41,407 bases of DNA from a virus: the IMG/VR virus record IMGVR_UViG_3300010285_000002. The stretch is one strand, 5' to 3'. Made by a program: the position numbers and the translations under genes. Positions 27,191-35,749 of this stretch are shown piece by piece (the first letter of the stretch is position 1; the number at the start of each line of letters is the position of its first letter). The notes below the pieces were generated by a model. That model had not been told where the DNA came from. It searched no databases and was given only the letters and a program-made list of their open reading frames with translations.

Positions 27191-28602
27191 TTAGTAAACC
27201 TAAACCTTATGTTACTGTAGTAACGATACCCAAAAGTCAAATCAAAAATTTAGACATAGCAATGGCTACCGAACCTCTCGAACAAATGCAAAAGGCTTAC
27301 TCAAGATTGGGTAAGCCTGATTTCATGCTCAACGGCGGATTTTTTGATATGAGCAATGGGAAAACTGCCTCTAACCTCATAGACGATGGCGTTGTCAAAG
27401 GGAAAGGATGTAGCGATTTTGGGCTAATAGCAAACGGCAATACCGTGAAGTTCGGTAATATATCAGAAGCCAATTTTGATTTCATCGGTGGAACTCCGGC
27501 ACTGGTCAAGAACGGCAAAGTCGATATAGACCAAAATTATGGAGACAGCTTCAACAATGCTAGGCACCCTAGAAGCGCAGTAGGTGAAAACAAAGACAGC
27601 ATATTCTTAGTTGCTGTGGACGGCCGGAGAACAAATGCACCGGGAATGACATTGAATGAACTAGCCGAATTCATGATATCGATAGGCTGCACCAATGCAA
27701 TCAATCTTGATGGCGGAGGTTCTACTCGATTACTGCATAATGGCCAGCCTATTAACAACCCGACAGAGAATAGGGCAGTAGATAACTTCATATGTGTCTA
27801 CCTGAAAGGACAGACTAGTGGCAAAAAGAAGATATTCATTGACCCTGGACACGGTGGAAGTGATCCGGGGGCGCAAGCAAATGGATTGGTTGAAAAACAG
27901 CTAAATTTAACAGTAGCATTGAAGGTTAAAGAGCTGTTACTCGCTAGAGGCTTCGATGTTAAATTAAGTCGTGAATCAGATGTTTACCTGTCGCTCACCG
28001 AGCGTTGTAATCTAGCGAATAATTGGGGTGCAGATTATTTCATCAGCATTCACCACAACGCCGGCGGAGGCGATGGGTGGGAAATTATACATACAATTCA
28101 TACACATCAGTCAGAAGGTGACGAACTGGCAGAGGCAATTGGGAAGGAATTTACTAAGACTGGACAAAATAAGCGTCGGATTTTCAGTCAAGAATCCCAA
28201 AATTATCCCGGGCAGGATTACTTTACAGTAATTCAAAAAACTAAGATGCCAGCAATTATAACAGAATATGCTTTTCTTGACTCAGATGATTACAAGGCGG
28301 TTGATAGTATTGAAAAACTGTATAGAGAAGCACAAGCAATTGCAGACGGACTATGTGATTATCTTGGAATTGCTGTTACTGATACTACTAATGTTGGTCA
28401 AGAAGTAAAGGAGGTAAATACTGTGAGTTGGGAAGAGAAAAATAAAGAGTTTATAAAAATCGTGCAAAGAACAATAGGTGTTGATGTTGATGGACTTGCT
28501 GGTCCTAAAACAGTATCAGCTTTTGAAACTTACACTAAAAGTAAAGGAAACGAAAATGAGATTAAGCAAGCATGGAAAAAGTTAATGGAATTATTGAATT
28601 AA
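27187..28602 (+). CDS. three-domain endolysin: phosphodiester glycosidase (NAGPA/DUF2233)-like domain, N-acetylmuramoyl-L-alanine amidase (Amidase_3) and PG_binding_1
   Basis: N-terminal domain: NGGFFDM and RSAVGENKDSIFLVAVDGR...AINLDGGGST. Amidase: IFIDPGHGGSDPGA. C-terminus: IGVDVDGLAGPKT. Confidence 0.9.
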   Translation: MISKPKPYVTVVTIPKSQIKNLDIAMATEPLEQMQKAYSRLGKPDFMLNGGFFDMSNGKTASNLIDDGVVKGKGCSDFGLIANGNTVKFGNISEANFDFIGGTPALVKNGKVDIDQNYGDSFNNARHPRSAVGENKDSIFLVAVDGRRTNAPGMTLNELAEFMISIGCTNAINLDGGGSTRLLHNGQPINNPTENRAVDNFICVYLKGQTSGKKKIFIDPGHGGSDPGAQANGLVEKQLNLTVALKVKELLLARGFDVKLSRESDVYLSLTERCNLANNWGADYFISIHHNAGGGDGWEIIHTIHTHQSEGDELAEAIGKEFTKTGQNKRRIFSQESQNYPGQDYFTVIQKTKMPAIITEYAFLDSDDYKAVDSIEKLYREAQAIADGLCDYLGIAVTDTTNVGQEVKEVNTVSWEEKNKEFIKIVQRTIGVDVDGLAGPKTVSAFETYTKSKGNENEIKQAWKKLMELLN

Positions 28603-28606
28603 GCAA

Positions 28607-28636
28607 AGCCCCGGGTTAGTCTCGGGGCTATTTATT
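28607..28636 (+). terminator. intrinsic terminator after the endolysin gene
   Basis: Stem AGCCCCG/CGGGGCT with a 9-nt loop, followed by ATTTATT. Confidence 0.65.
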
Positions 28637-28663
28637 GACAATTGTTTCAACTCTTGTTATAAT
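28635..28663 (+). promoter_or_regulatory. perfect consensus sigma-A promoter (TTGACA-17-TATAAT)
   Basis: ttgaca lies at 28635-40 and tataat at 28658-63. No CDS lies downstream. Confidence 0.7.
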
Positions 28664-28666
28664 ATA

Positions 28667-28747
28667 ATCATCCACGGAAACAAGGATTGAAACGTTTTTA
28701 AATTTAAATTTTCTTGGAGAGCCCCTATCAAAGGGGCTTTTCTATTT
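28667..28747 (+). ncRNA. orphan small RNA with CRISPR-repeat-like segment ATCATCCACGGAAACAAGGATTGAAAC (candidate solitary repeat unit)
   Basis: The predicted transcript starts about 28670. The repeat-like 3' tag ATTGAAAC lies at 28686-28693. Terminator AGCCCCT/AGGGGCT plus TTTTCTATTT lies at 28720-28747. Confidence 0.45.
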
Positions 28748-28778
28748 CTGGCAGTTTTACCACTGCCAACCATGTTTT

Positions 28779-29333
28779 TTAGTGTAAACCAGGACATTCA
28801 ATCAATGTGGGTTTGCAATCTTGCTGAATTTCGTTCCAGCTTGTTTGTACTTCTTGAAGTGTTGCACCATCTTTGATTGCAAGACCTATAATTTCCCAAT
28901 CTTCTGTTTTCCAGTTGCCAGTCATACATGATTGCCAACGTCTTGCATATACATGTATCTTCAATACACCAACTTCTAATGTAAAAGTTTCATCGTACAT
29001 AAATGATATAATATCTCTATATACTTCGTTTTTAAAATTTGGGTCTTCCCAGACCCAAATTTTTTTCTTTGTAATTCCTTGTTCCCATAAAAATTTTCTA
29101 ATTGAATCTTTGGGTGGTATCGGGGGATTCCAAATTGCAACTTTTGGAATTCCTCCCCACATATCTAGGAAGATTCTTTGACCTTTTTCCACATCAAAAA
29201 TCTGTGGCTCTCCACGTTTCCATTCAATTTTTGCAGTACCTTTGCCATTTTCGTTTAAGTTAATAGTAACTCTAGTACTCATTCCGGCCATGTAAGTTTC
29301 TGTTTTTTCAATCAAAAATACTTTTTTAGACAT
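28779..29333 (-). CDS. hypothetical protein (about 184 aa), last gene of the cargo island
   Basis: ORF on the island strand. ATG 29333 lies 8 nt after TAGGAGGAA; ATG 29339 is too close to the RBS. Confidence 0.6.
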   Translation of the reverse strand: MSKKVFLIEKTETYMAGMSTRVTINLNENGKGTAKIEWKRGEPQIFDVEKGQRIFLDMWGGIPKVAIWNPPIPPKDSIRKFLWEQGITKKKIWVWEDPNFKNEVYRDIISFMYDETFTLEVGVLKIHVYARRWQSCMTGNWKTEDWEIIGLAIKDGATLQEVQTSWNEIQQDCKPTLIECPGLH

Positions 29334-29416
29334 ATCCATTTCCTCCTATAAATTTATTCCGGACTTGTGACCGAACTGTAGCATTACCGGCCCGAAGGCC
29401 GTCACTCTGCTTTTGC

Positions 29417-29920
29417 TTAATGCCAAGTATGATAAACAGTGTTGAATTTTTTTCCGTCTGGTTTAATTATTTCTCGCACTATGTCTTTACCGCACTCTTC
29501 GCAGTCTATGAGATACCTTCTTATCTCTTGTGCATAACCTGTTCTTTTTGCTTCGGACAAGGCTTCTTCTTCTGTTTTCTGTTTTCTTTGAACTGGCTTA
29601 ACCATATCGCTTAAAGGCATTTCAAATTTTTCTATTTCGTTTACATGAGAAAGTCTCTTGTTTTCAAATGTATTAAAGAACCATCCAGAGAGATTACCTA
29701 TACTATCGACTAATACAAGTTCTATTGCTTTCCTGATAATTAATTCATCTATTGATGATGTCGTTACTCCAAGAGCTTTAAATTCTTCAGTTTCAATAGC
29801 AAGAGTTGGAGTATAATACGGCTTTGCCCATCCTTCAGCTACAAATTCCACATTTCTTTTCCCTTCAATCAGTTCCTGAACAATACCATTAATTTTTTCC
29901 TTAGCCTCTTTACTTAACAT
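29417..29920 (-). CDS. hypothetical protein (167 aa) with C-terminal CEEC..H.WH motif
   Basis: Strong RBS GAGGGAGGA. First gene behind the second island promoter. Confidence 0.65.
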   Translation of the reverse strand: MLSKEAKEKINGIVQELIEGKRNVEFVAEGWAKPYYTPTLAIETEEFKALGVTTSSIDELIIRKAIELVLVDSIGNLSGWFFNTFENKRLSHVNEIEKFEMPLSDMVKPVQRKQKTEEEALSEAKRTGYAQEIRRYLIDCEECGKDIVREIIKPDGKKFNTVYHTWH

Positions 29921-29956
29921 ATTAATTCCTCCCTCAAAATATTTATCTTACTTAAG

Positions 29957-29985
29957 ATTATACTATGACTGTCACTGACTGTCAA
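29957..29985 (-). promoter_or_regulatory. perfect consensus promoter (TTGACA-17-TATAAT) carrying two TGACAGTCA sites
   Basis: Minus-strand sequence is TTGACAgtcagtgacagtcatagTATAAT. The operator pair lies at 29966-29984. Confidence 0.7.
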
Positions 29986-30172
29986 TAATATTTTTCAATT
30001 TTTTTTCATTTCTTTTATATTTTTCAATAGTATCCAACATAAATTGGCGGATAAGTTTCCCTGGGTTCAAACAATTTTCCTCACAAACTTTTTTGTATTC
30101 ATCTTGTATTTCTTGTTCAACTCGATACCAAAGTTGTGGATTTTTTTTGATGCTTTTGTTTTTATCTGCCAT
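29972..30172 (-). CDS. small ribbon-helix-helix-like protein (66 aa)
   Basis: ATG 30172 lies 8 nt after AAGGAG. The pattern LNPGKLIRQFMLD is typical of RHH/CopG-like regulators. Assignment is tentative. Confidence 0.5.
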   Translation of the reverse strand: MADKNKSIKKNPQLWYRVEQEIQDEYKKVCEENCLNPGKLIRQFMLDTIEKYKRNEKKLKNIIDSQ

Positions 30173-30177
30173 AAAAA

Positions 30178-30699
30178 TCACTCCTTTACCTTATATATCG
30201 CATCAGCACGGTTGACTAAATCATCAGTGCTGTAATTTCCAAATATCATATTGATTTTTTTGTGATATGCATCTGCGTCCCAAGGAATGCTTTTTTGATT
30301 TTCAATAGCAATCCGGAGCTTTTGTGAAAATTCAGTAGACAGTCCAGAATATCTTATTGCTTTTAAGATACCAGTGTTGGCATCTACAAGCAGAGTAGTC
30401 AATCCGAATCCTTTTCCTTCTGTAATTTCTTGAAATTCAAAAGGCTGTGACAAATGAATACTATATGGTGCATCCATCCATGGTATACCTTGAAATTTGG
30501 TCAGTATAAAAATAACTTCATCTTTTTGATAAAATCTAATTTCAAATTTTCCTTTTTTGACAGACTCTATTTCTGCGTCTGTAGGACTATTGAAAAAGAG
30601 GTAGAGTAGAGGACCAGCTTGCTGAAAGTCAAAAATCACTCCTTCTTGATATTTTGTTTTTCCTTCTTGTAGTAATTGTCCTACTTCAAGTTTCTGCAT
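30178..30699 (-). CDS. hypothetical protein (173 aa)
   Basis: ATG 30699 follows an AAAGGAGG RBS and overlaps the end of the ParB-like gene. Confidence 0.6.
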   Translation of the reverse strand: MQKLEVGQLLQEGKTKYQEGVIFDFQQAGPLLYLFFNSPTDAEIESVKKGKFEIRFYQKDEVIFILTKFQGIPWMDAPYSIHLSQPFEFQEITEGKGFGLTTLLVDANTGILKAIRYSGLSTEFSQKLRIAIENQKSIPWDADAYHKKINMIFGNYSTDDLVNRADAIYKVKE

Positions 30700-31345
30700 A
30701 AAATTCTTTCCTCCTTTGTTCGTATTCTTCCCAGCTCTTGCTAAATTCGTGATTTGCAAAAGCTTCTTTCAAACCTGTAATCTGTTTGAGCCTGATAACT
30801 TCATCAAGTTCCATTCCAAGTTTTTTGCAAATTTCTTGGTCACTCCATCCATATTTCGTAAGTTCCAAAACAATGTCGCTCATGTTTCGTATCTGATGTG
30901 TTCCTCTTGCTCTGTTGTGCCGGATAGTACTTCCCATACGCTCGTCAAGAGGCTTATTAATTGTTGATACTGGAAGCCTGCCAAAAGTTCTTTCGGCAAT
31001 ATCATTATGTTCTTTTACAATTCTGTTCCTGTGGAAGCCATCTACAACTTCCCGGGCTTCATTTTCTAACTTGTATGTAACTATTGGCATTGTATATCCA
31101 TCAAGCTTGATTGATTGATATAAGAGCTTCATTTCTGGATTTGCTACTTTATTTGGGTTGTATTCATTGGCCTGGACTTTATTAGCCGGCACCCAAATTA
31201 CGCAGTCAACTGGGTCCGAAATAGGGGAAACTTCATGCAAATTAATCTTTATTTCATTAATTGTGTCGATTTTTTCGTCGACATCCTCAATTTTCTCAAT
31301 TTCTTCTTTAAGCTTCATCAGTAATTTTGTTATTTCAGTTCTCAT
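30686..31345 (-). CDS. ParB/Srx N-terminal-domain protein (IbrB-like)
   Basis: Motifs YNPNKV...L..SI..DGYTMPIV and VVDGFHR. RBS is TAAGGAGGG. Confidence 0.85.
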   Translation of the reverse strand: MRTEITKLLMKLKEEIEKIEDVDEKIDTINEIKINLHEVSPISDPVDCVIWVPANKVQANEYNPNKVANPEMKLLYQSIKLDGYTMPIVTYKLENEAREVVDGFHRNRIVKEHNDIAERTFGRLPVSTINKPLDERMGSTIRHNRARGTHQIRNMSDIVLELTKYGWSDQEICKKLGMELDEVIRLKQITGLKEAFANHEFSKSWEEYEQRRKEFYAET

Positions 31346-31748
31346 TATTATCCCTCCTTAAATAATAATATCTACCGTTCTGGCGATAAACTTCAAATCC
31401 ACTATTAATCCAATACTTTTTTAGGTGTTCTTCTTTTGTAATAACTTCAATGGGTTTATTTTTATCTGAAGCATACTTAAACCTGAATTCATTAAGCTTC
31501 TTCCAAATACCTTTCTTTCGGTATGCTTCTTCTACATATGAATGTTCGAACATGATTTTATTTTTTAGTTCATGCAGCGAGGCAAAAGCGATTAAAGTAT
31601 CTTTTTCAAAAGCTAGGAACCAAACACTGCCTTCTTTGTTTGCAAGATAAGGCATTTCTTTTTGATATTTTGGTTCTGCAAAGTATTTCCCCATGTGAGA
31701 GTAGAATTTAGATTTGTCATAATTCCCTTCAAAAATTTCAATCTGCAA
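31335..31748 (-). CDS. GNAT-family acetyltransferase-like protein
   Basis: VEEAYRKKGIWKKL resembles an acetyl-CoA-binding motif. TTG 31748 follows a GAGGTGAG RBS, immediately after the upstream stop. The start is uncertain. Confidence 0.55.
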   Translation of the reverse strand: MQIEIFEGNYDKSKFYSHMGKYFAEPKYQKEMPYLANKEGSVWFLAFEKDTLIAFASLHELKNKIMFEHSYVEEAYRKKGIWKKLNEFRFKYASDKNKPIEVITKEEHLKKYWINSGFEVYRQNGRYYYLRRDNNEN

Positions 31749-33096
31749 ACAACTCACCTCTTTCCCAGCGTTCCATGTCCTTGTCGACTTTGCCATCGCC
31801 GACAATATGACTGTATTTTTCTTTGAGTTTATTAAGTTTCTCGACATCCTTTTTTGTAGCCGAGAAACTTAATCGCTTCATCCAAAAATCATTTTTTTCA
31901 AGTGCTCTTGCAATTCTTCGCCATGATGGGATATGTGTTTCTGCCTCAAGTTTTCTGTCTCCTTCGTCCGGTATCTGATGTACATCAATACCTCTATTGT
32001 CGTACCACCATTTCATGAAGGTTTTAATTTTCCCGTAATAATGCTGCTCCAATTCCGGAGCATATATCCGGATGCTCTCAAGTAGAAATATTGTGTATTG
32101 CTCCCAGGTCATATGTTCTGGTTTTTCTGTTTTTAGGTTGCCAAGCAGTGAAGTCCGGGCATATATATTACCAAAGTTTACGCCGTTGACCCGGTTTAAA
32201 ACTTTTTCCCATGTTTCGGGCTCCAAAGCTTTAAACTGGTCAAGGCCGTTTCGCTGGTCATCTCCATACGGCTGGCATAACCTCTGCTCGTGAATTGATA
32301 GCCCATTTTTGTACATCAACTCATATATTTCATTGAATTTCAAGTCCAATTTTGCGACGGCTCCCCATATATCCTCTGTACACCAATCGTAAAGAGGGAA
32401 GAAGTTGTAACAGTCAATTAATTTTTCCCTGATTTTAATTTGAGTGGTCCATCCATAATCTCGGTATCTTATTTTTGATTCGCTGACAATAGTCCTAAAC
32501 CTGTTCAAACTTTCGTTGCTTCTGATACCAATTCCAGCGGCAGACAGTCCTTTTTGTTCGCTGTACCATTTCGCGAACAATATGATAAATTCCTCGAACT
32601 CCATACTATGTCTAAACCAGTCCCAAGGGCAGTTTTTTTCGTTGATGACCCATTTATTTTTTGGCATATCCCGTACCCATTTATCTTTATCCTTCTTATC
32701 CCAGCAGGTCCATTTGGGTTGTAAAATGGACACCGCGTTTCTTAGGGAAAGGGGGAGACATACCCAATAAACCCGTTCTATAACATCTTGGCAATCTTCC
32801 AACAATTCTTCGACATGCTTAATTGTTGCCTTGTACTGTGCTTCAAGATCTATGTATAGCATGTCAATTTTCTTTTTGTATTCCCTGGCTTTTTGCGCAG
32901 CTAATTGGAGCATAACGCTGCTATCCTTACCTCCAGAAATAGAAAAGTATATATTGTCAAAATCCCTAAATATAATGTCATACCTTTCCATAGCAGCTTC
33001 AAACACATTTTTGTTGCTGTATATCTTCGACACCGTCAATCCACCTCCCAATATCTTTTTTGTTTTGAGTTTTTGTAATGTAATATTTGAAAGCAT
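31738..33096 (-). CDS. PAPS-reductase-family ATP pyrophosphatase with long C-terminal extension (IbrA/DUF3440-like)
   Basis: YFSISGGKDSSVML PP-loop motif. About 450 aa. Adjacent to the ParB-like gene, as in IbrAB pairs. ATG 33096 follows GAAAAGAAGG. Confidence 0.85.
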   Translation of the reverse strand: MLSNITLQKLKTKKILGGGLTVSKIYSNKNVFEAAMERYDIIFRDFDNIYFSISGGKDSSVMLQLAAQKAREYKKKIDMLYIDLEAQYKATIKHVEELLEDCQDVIERVYWVCLPLSLRNAVSILQPKWTCWDKKDKDKWVRDMPKNKWVINEKNCPWDWFRHSMEFEEFIILFAKWYSEQKGLSAAGIGIRSNESLNRFRTIVSESKIRYRDYGWTTQIKIREKLIDCYNFFPLYDWCTEDIWGAVAKLDLKFNEIYELMYKNGLSIHEQRLCQPYGDDQRNGLDQFKALEPETWEKVLNRVNGVNFGNIYARTSLLGNLKTEKPEHMTWEQYTIFLLESIRIYAPELEQHYYGKIKTFMKWWYDNRGIDVHQIPDEGDRKLEAETHIPSWRRIARALEKNDFWMKRLSFSATKKDVEKLNKLKEKYSHIVGDGKVDKDMERWERGELFAD

Positions 33097-34384
33097 CAGA
33101 AAGACCTTCTTTTCTTTCAAGACACTTCAAAATTCTTTCGTCTAAAGTACCGTCTGCAACAATATCAATTATATGTACATTATTATTTTGTCCTATACGA
33201 TGCAGCCGATCCTCACTTTGTGAACGTGTTGCCCAATCCCAATCATTATTATAATAAATTGCATAATTGCAAAATTGGAGGTTGAGGCCATAACTAGCAC
33301 ATGATTTATTTGCTATAAGATATTTTTTGTTATTAGCAAATAAATCTGTATTTATATCCCTTTGTTTCTTTGTAATTTCGCCGTAGAAGCATATGGCATC
33401 ATTACCTAGTATATTAGATATGTTTTCTATTTCATGTGTGTATTTGCACCAAATAACCACTTTGTCGTCGATTCTTTCTAATAAGCTTAATAGTATTTGG
33501 ATTCTTGGATTATCTTTTGGTTTCTCGAAAAATGGTACAGTACGAATAGGTTCATCATACTTTGACACAATCCTATTTCCTGTAAGTACATGTTGCAAAG
33601 CTGTAAATAATCTGTATATCGTATGAGGTTCAAACTCATCAAGCTGTAGCAAAAATTCTTCTTTGACTTTTTTATAATGCCAATATTGTTCATCTGTTAA
33701 GTCGAAATATTTCTTGCTATAAGTTTTTTCAGGAAGTTGCAGACATTCTGACTTTTTTATTTGATAGGTATATGGCGAGATTTTTCTCACCAAGTAGTCA
33801 GTATTCAAGCAACGATTAATTTTACCTGGAACACGTTCATCGTATTCCAGGTGATTTGCAGCAAAACTCCAAAAAGACTTATAACCAAGTATACGCCAAT
33901 CAAGTATATACCATTGTGAGAATAGGTCTTTTTCGCATCTGGACACTGGTGTACCATTCAGTATAAGTTTATATTGGCAATGTTCAGCAAGTCTTTCAAT
34001 GTTTATTGTACGTTTCGCCCTGTGGTTTTTCACAAGGTTAGATTCATCCACAATAAGAAAGACCTTATTATTTTTCACATATTCAAGTAACTCACAATTA
34101 AGTCTTATACTGCTTGACAGGCTTTCGATGCCTTCTATACGAAAGTATGAAAAATCTCCATCTATGTGTTTCTGCAATTCCTTGCGAATAGTTGTTTTTA
34201 CACTGCAAGGACATAGCCATAACACTTTATTTACTTTTCCGACGACAAGACGGCGGTAAATAAGTTCCAGTGCCGTCCTTGTCTTGCCTGTGCCCATTTC
34301 CATGTAAAGTGCTCCAACTTTGATTTGTTGGAGCTTTTCTACCGCTGGAATTTGATGGGGGAGGAGATTAGTCTTTAAGATCAT
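32999..34384 (-). CDS. SNF2-family helicase/translocase
   Basis: Motifs LLPHQ, MEMGTGKTRT (motif I), VDESNLVKN (motif II) and SQSEDRLHRIGQ (motif VI). Confidence 0.9.
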   Translation of the reverse strand: MILKTNLLPHQIPAVEKLQQIKVGALYMEMGTGKTRTALELIYRRLVVGKVNKVLWLCPCSVKTTIRKELQKHIDGDFSYFRIEGIESLSSSIRLNCELLEYVKNNKVFLIVDESNLVKNHRAKRTINIERLAEHCQYKLILNGTPVSRCEKDLFSQWYILDWRILGYKSFWSFAANHLEYDERVPGKINRCLNTDYLVRKISPYTYQIKKSECLQLPEKTYSKKYFDLTDEQYWHYKKVKEEFLLQLDEFEPHTIYRLFTALQHVLTGNRIVSKYDEPIRTVPFFEKPKDNPRIQILLSLLERIDDKVVIWCKYTHEIENISNILGNDAICFYGEITKKQRDINTDLFANNKKYLIANKSCASYGLNLQFCNYAIYYNNDWDWATRSQSEDRLHRIGQNNNVHIIDIVADGTLDERILKCLERKEGLSDAFKYYITKTQNKKDIGRWIDGVEDIQQQKCV

Positions 34385-35495
34385 CAAGTATCTCCTCCGA
34401 TGATTCTAATATTTTTTTCAAGCCATCGACTGGCTTTTCTTCTTTTTTTGAAGCAGGTGTAACAACAGTTACATCCTGCAAGCTTGCTTTGTACTGTTCA
34501 ATAAGCTCTTTTGCGGAATCTGAAAATGCAAAGCCGTATAGATTAGCAAAATCTTCTACCTCCTGCCAATAGTTGACCTTTACAACCATACTGCCATCGT
34601 GCCATTTGGCAGAAGGTAACTTTTTGGCAACTTTATATAAATCATCGTTATAACCTTCCCATGATATAGCCAATTTCTCTTTGTGTTCTTCTTTTGTACA
34701 TGCCTTTATCCAACGTTTTTGTTCCGGATTGTAGTTGCCGGAAATAGCATTTTGAAGTATACTATTATCGGTAATCATTATAGGGAATCCTGCATTAAGC
34801 AGCTTGTTTCCCAACTCAGCGGCTCTGTCCTCAGCAGGGCCGTTAAACTTATTAATTTCTCTGTACCAATAACCATCTCCCCAAGTATAGCCAAGGGATT
34901 TGACTATTTTGCGAAAGTTTTCGTTTTTTGAGAAAGTAACAGTGATTTTTGTATCACTGACTTTTATTTCAGCTGGTTCTTTATATCCACAGTTTTCAGG
35001 GTAAACTGTGGAATCTTTTTTGATATCTTCTAAAATTGGAGCAATCTCCTGATCTTTTTTCCACATTCTAATCTCTTTCAACTTCTCCTCCAGCCAAAAT
35101 AGTATTCCATATGATCTATTATCTATGAACCAGCTTGCTTTTTTTTGGCTCATGACATAGTCAAGAATATCTTGTTTTTCTTTTTTATTGGATCCAATTC
35201 GAAATAAATCTTCAGATTCTAATCTATCAATCTTATCTATCATTTCTTGCCTGAGCGTAACAGCCCAAGCAATTTGTTTTTCACTCCCTTCGAGTTCTGG
35301 GAGTTCCATCTTCTTAGCTTTTTCTAAAGCTTCTATTCTGGCTTTTTCTCTTTCTTCAGTTCTTTTCTTTTCAAAACATTCCGGGCACAATCCTCGAAAG
35401 TGTGCATCAGCTTTCCATTGTCTATGTTTCATAGGTCCTATTATATTTGTACGGCCTTCATGACCACAACTATATGTACCGTAATACCATGCCAT
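34368..35495 (-). CDS. hypothetical 375-aa protein with N-terminal zinc ribbon (CGH...CPEC), coupled to the SNF2 helicase
   Basis: Motifs YGTYSCGHEG...GLCPECFEKK and LEGSEKQIAWA. It overlaps the SNF2 start by about 17 nt. Confidence 0.7.
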   Translation of the reverse strand: MAWYYGTYSCGHEGRTNIIGPMKHRQWKADAHFRGLCPECFEKKRTEEREKARIEALEKAKKMELPELEGSEKQIAWAVTLRQEMIDKIDRLESEDLFRIGSNKKEKQDILDYVMSQKKASWFIDNRSYGILFWLEEKLKEIRMWKKDQEIAPILEDIKKDSTVYPENCGYKEPAEIKVSDTKITVTFSKNENFRKIVKSLGYTWGDGYWYREINKFNGPAEDRAAELGNKLLNAGFPIMITDNSILQNAISGNYNPEQKRWIKACTKEEHKEKLAISWEGYNDDLYKVAKKLPSAKWHDGSMVVKVNYWQEVEDFANLYGFAFSDSAKELIEQYKASLQDVTVVTPASKKEEKPVDGLKKILESSEEILDDLKD

Positions 35496-35507
35496 AATAA
35501 TCCCTCC

Positions 35508-35684
35508 TTAAATTTTATTAACACGTTCTGCAATATCTGGATTAAGAACATCAAATATTTTTATTGCTCTTTCTAAGCTACAACCAAGATAACTTTTTAT
35601 ATGAGATACTCTTGGCTTGATTTCTCCTTTTTCTACAGCCTTCTTTACTTTTTCTATATCTTCTAATAAATCTATATTTGTCAT
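35508..35684 (-). CDS. small HTH-like protein (58 aa), first gene of the island operon
   Basis: ATG 35684 follows a GAGGGAGGA RBS. The segment VSHIKSYLGCSLERAIKIF is compatible with a helix-turn-helix. Confidence 0.5.
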   Translation of the reverse strand: MTNIDLLEDIEKVKKAVEKGEIKPRVSHIKSYLGCSLERAIKIFDVLNPDIAERVNKI

Positions 35685-35720
35685 CTGTAATTCCTCCCTC
35701 AAAATTTATTGACATATATA

Positions 35721-35749
35721 ATTATAACATGACAGTCATTGACTGTCAA
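35721..35749 (-). promoter_or_regulatory. perfect consensus promoter (TTGACA-17-TATAAT) with palindromic operator TGACAGTCA-n-TGACTGTCA
   Basis: Minus-strand sequence is TTGACAgtcaatgactgtcatgtTATAAT. The operator lies at 35730-35748. Confidence 0.7.

Noticed and set aside
28644-28693. A CRISPR array.
   Set aside because: Only one repeat-like unit, plus one inverted 14-mer, is present. There are no regularly spaced direct repeats and no cas genes anywhere in the window. It is reported only as a solitary repeat-like unit.
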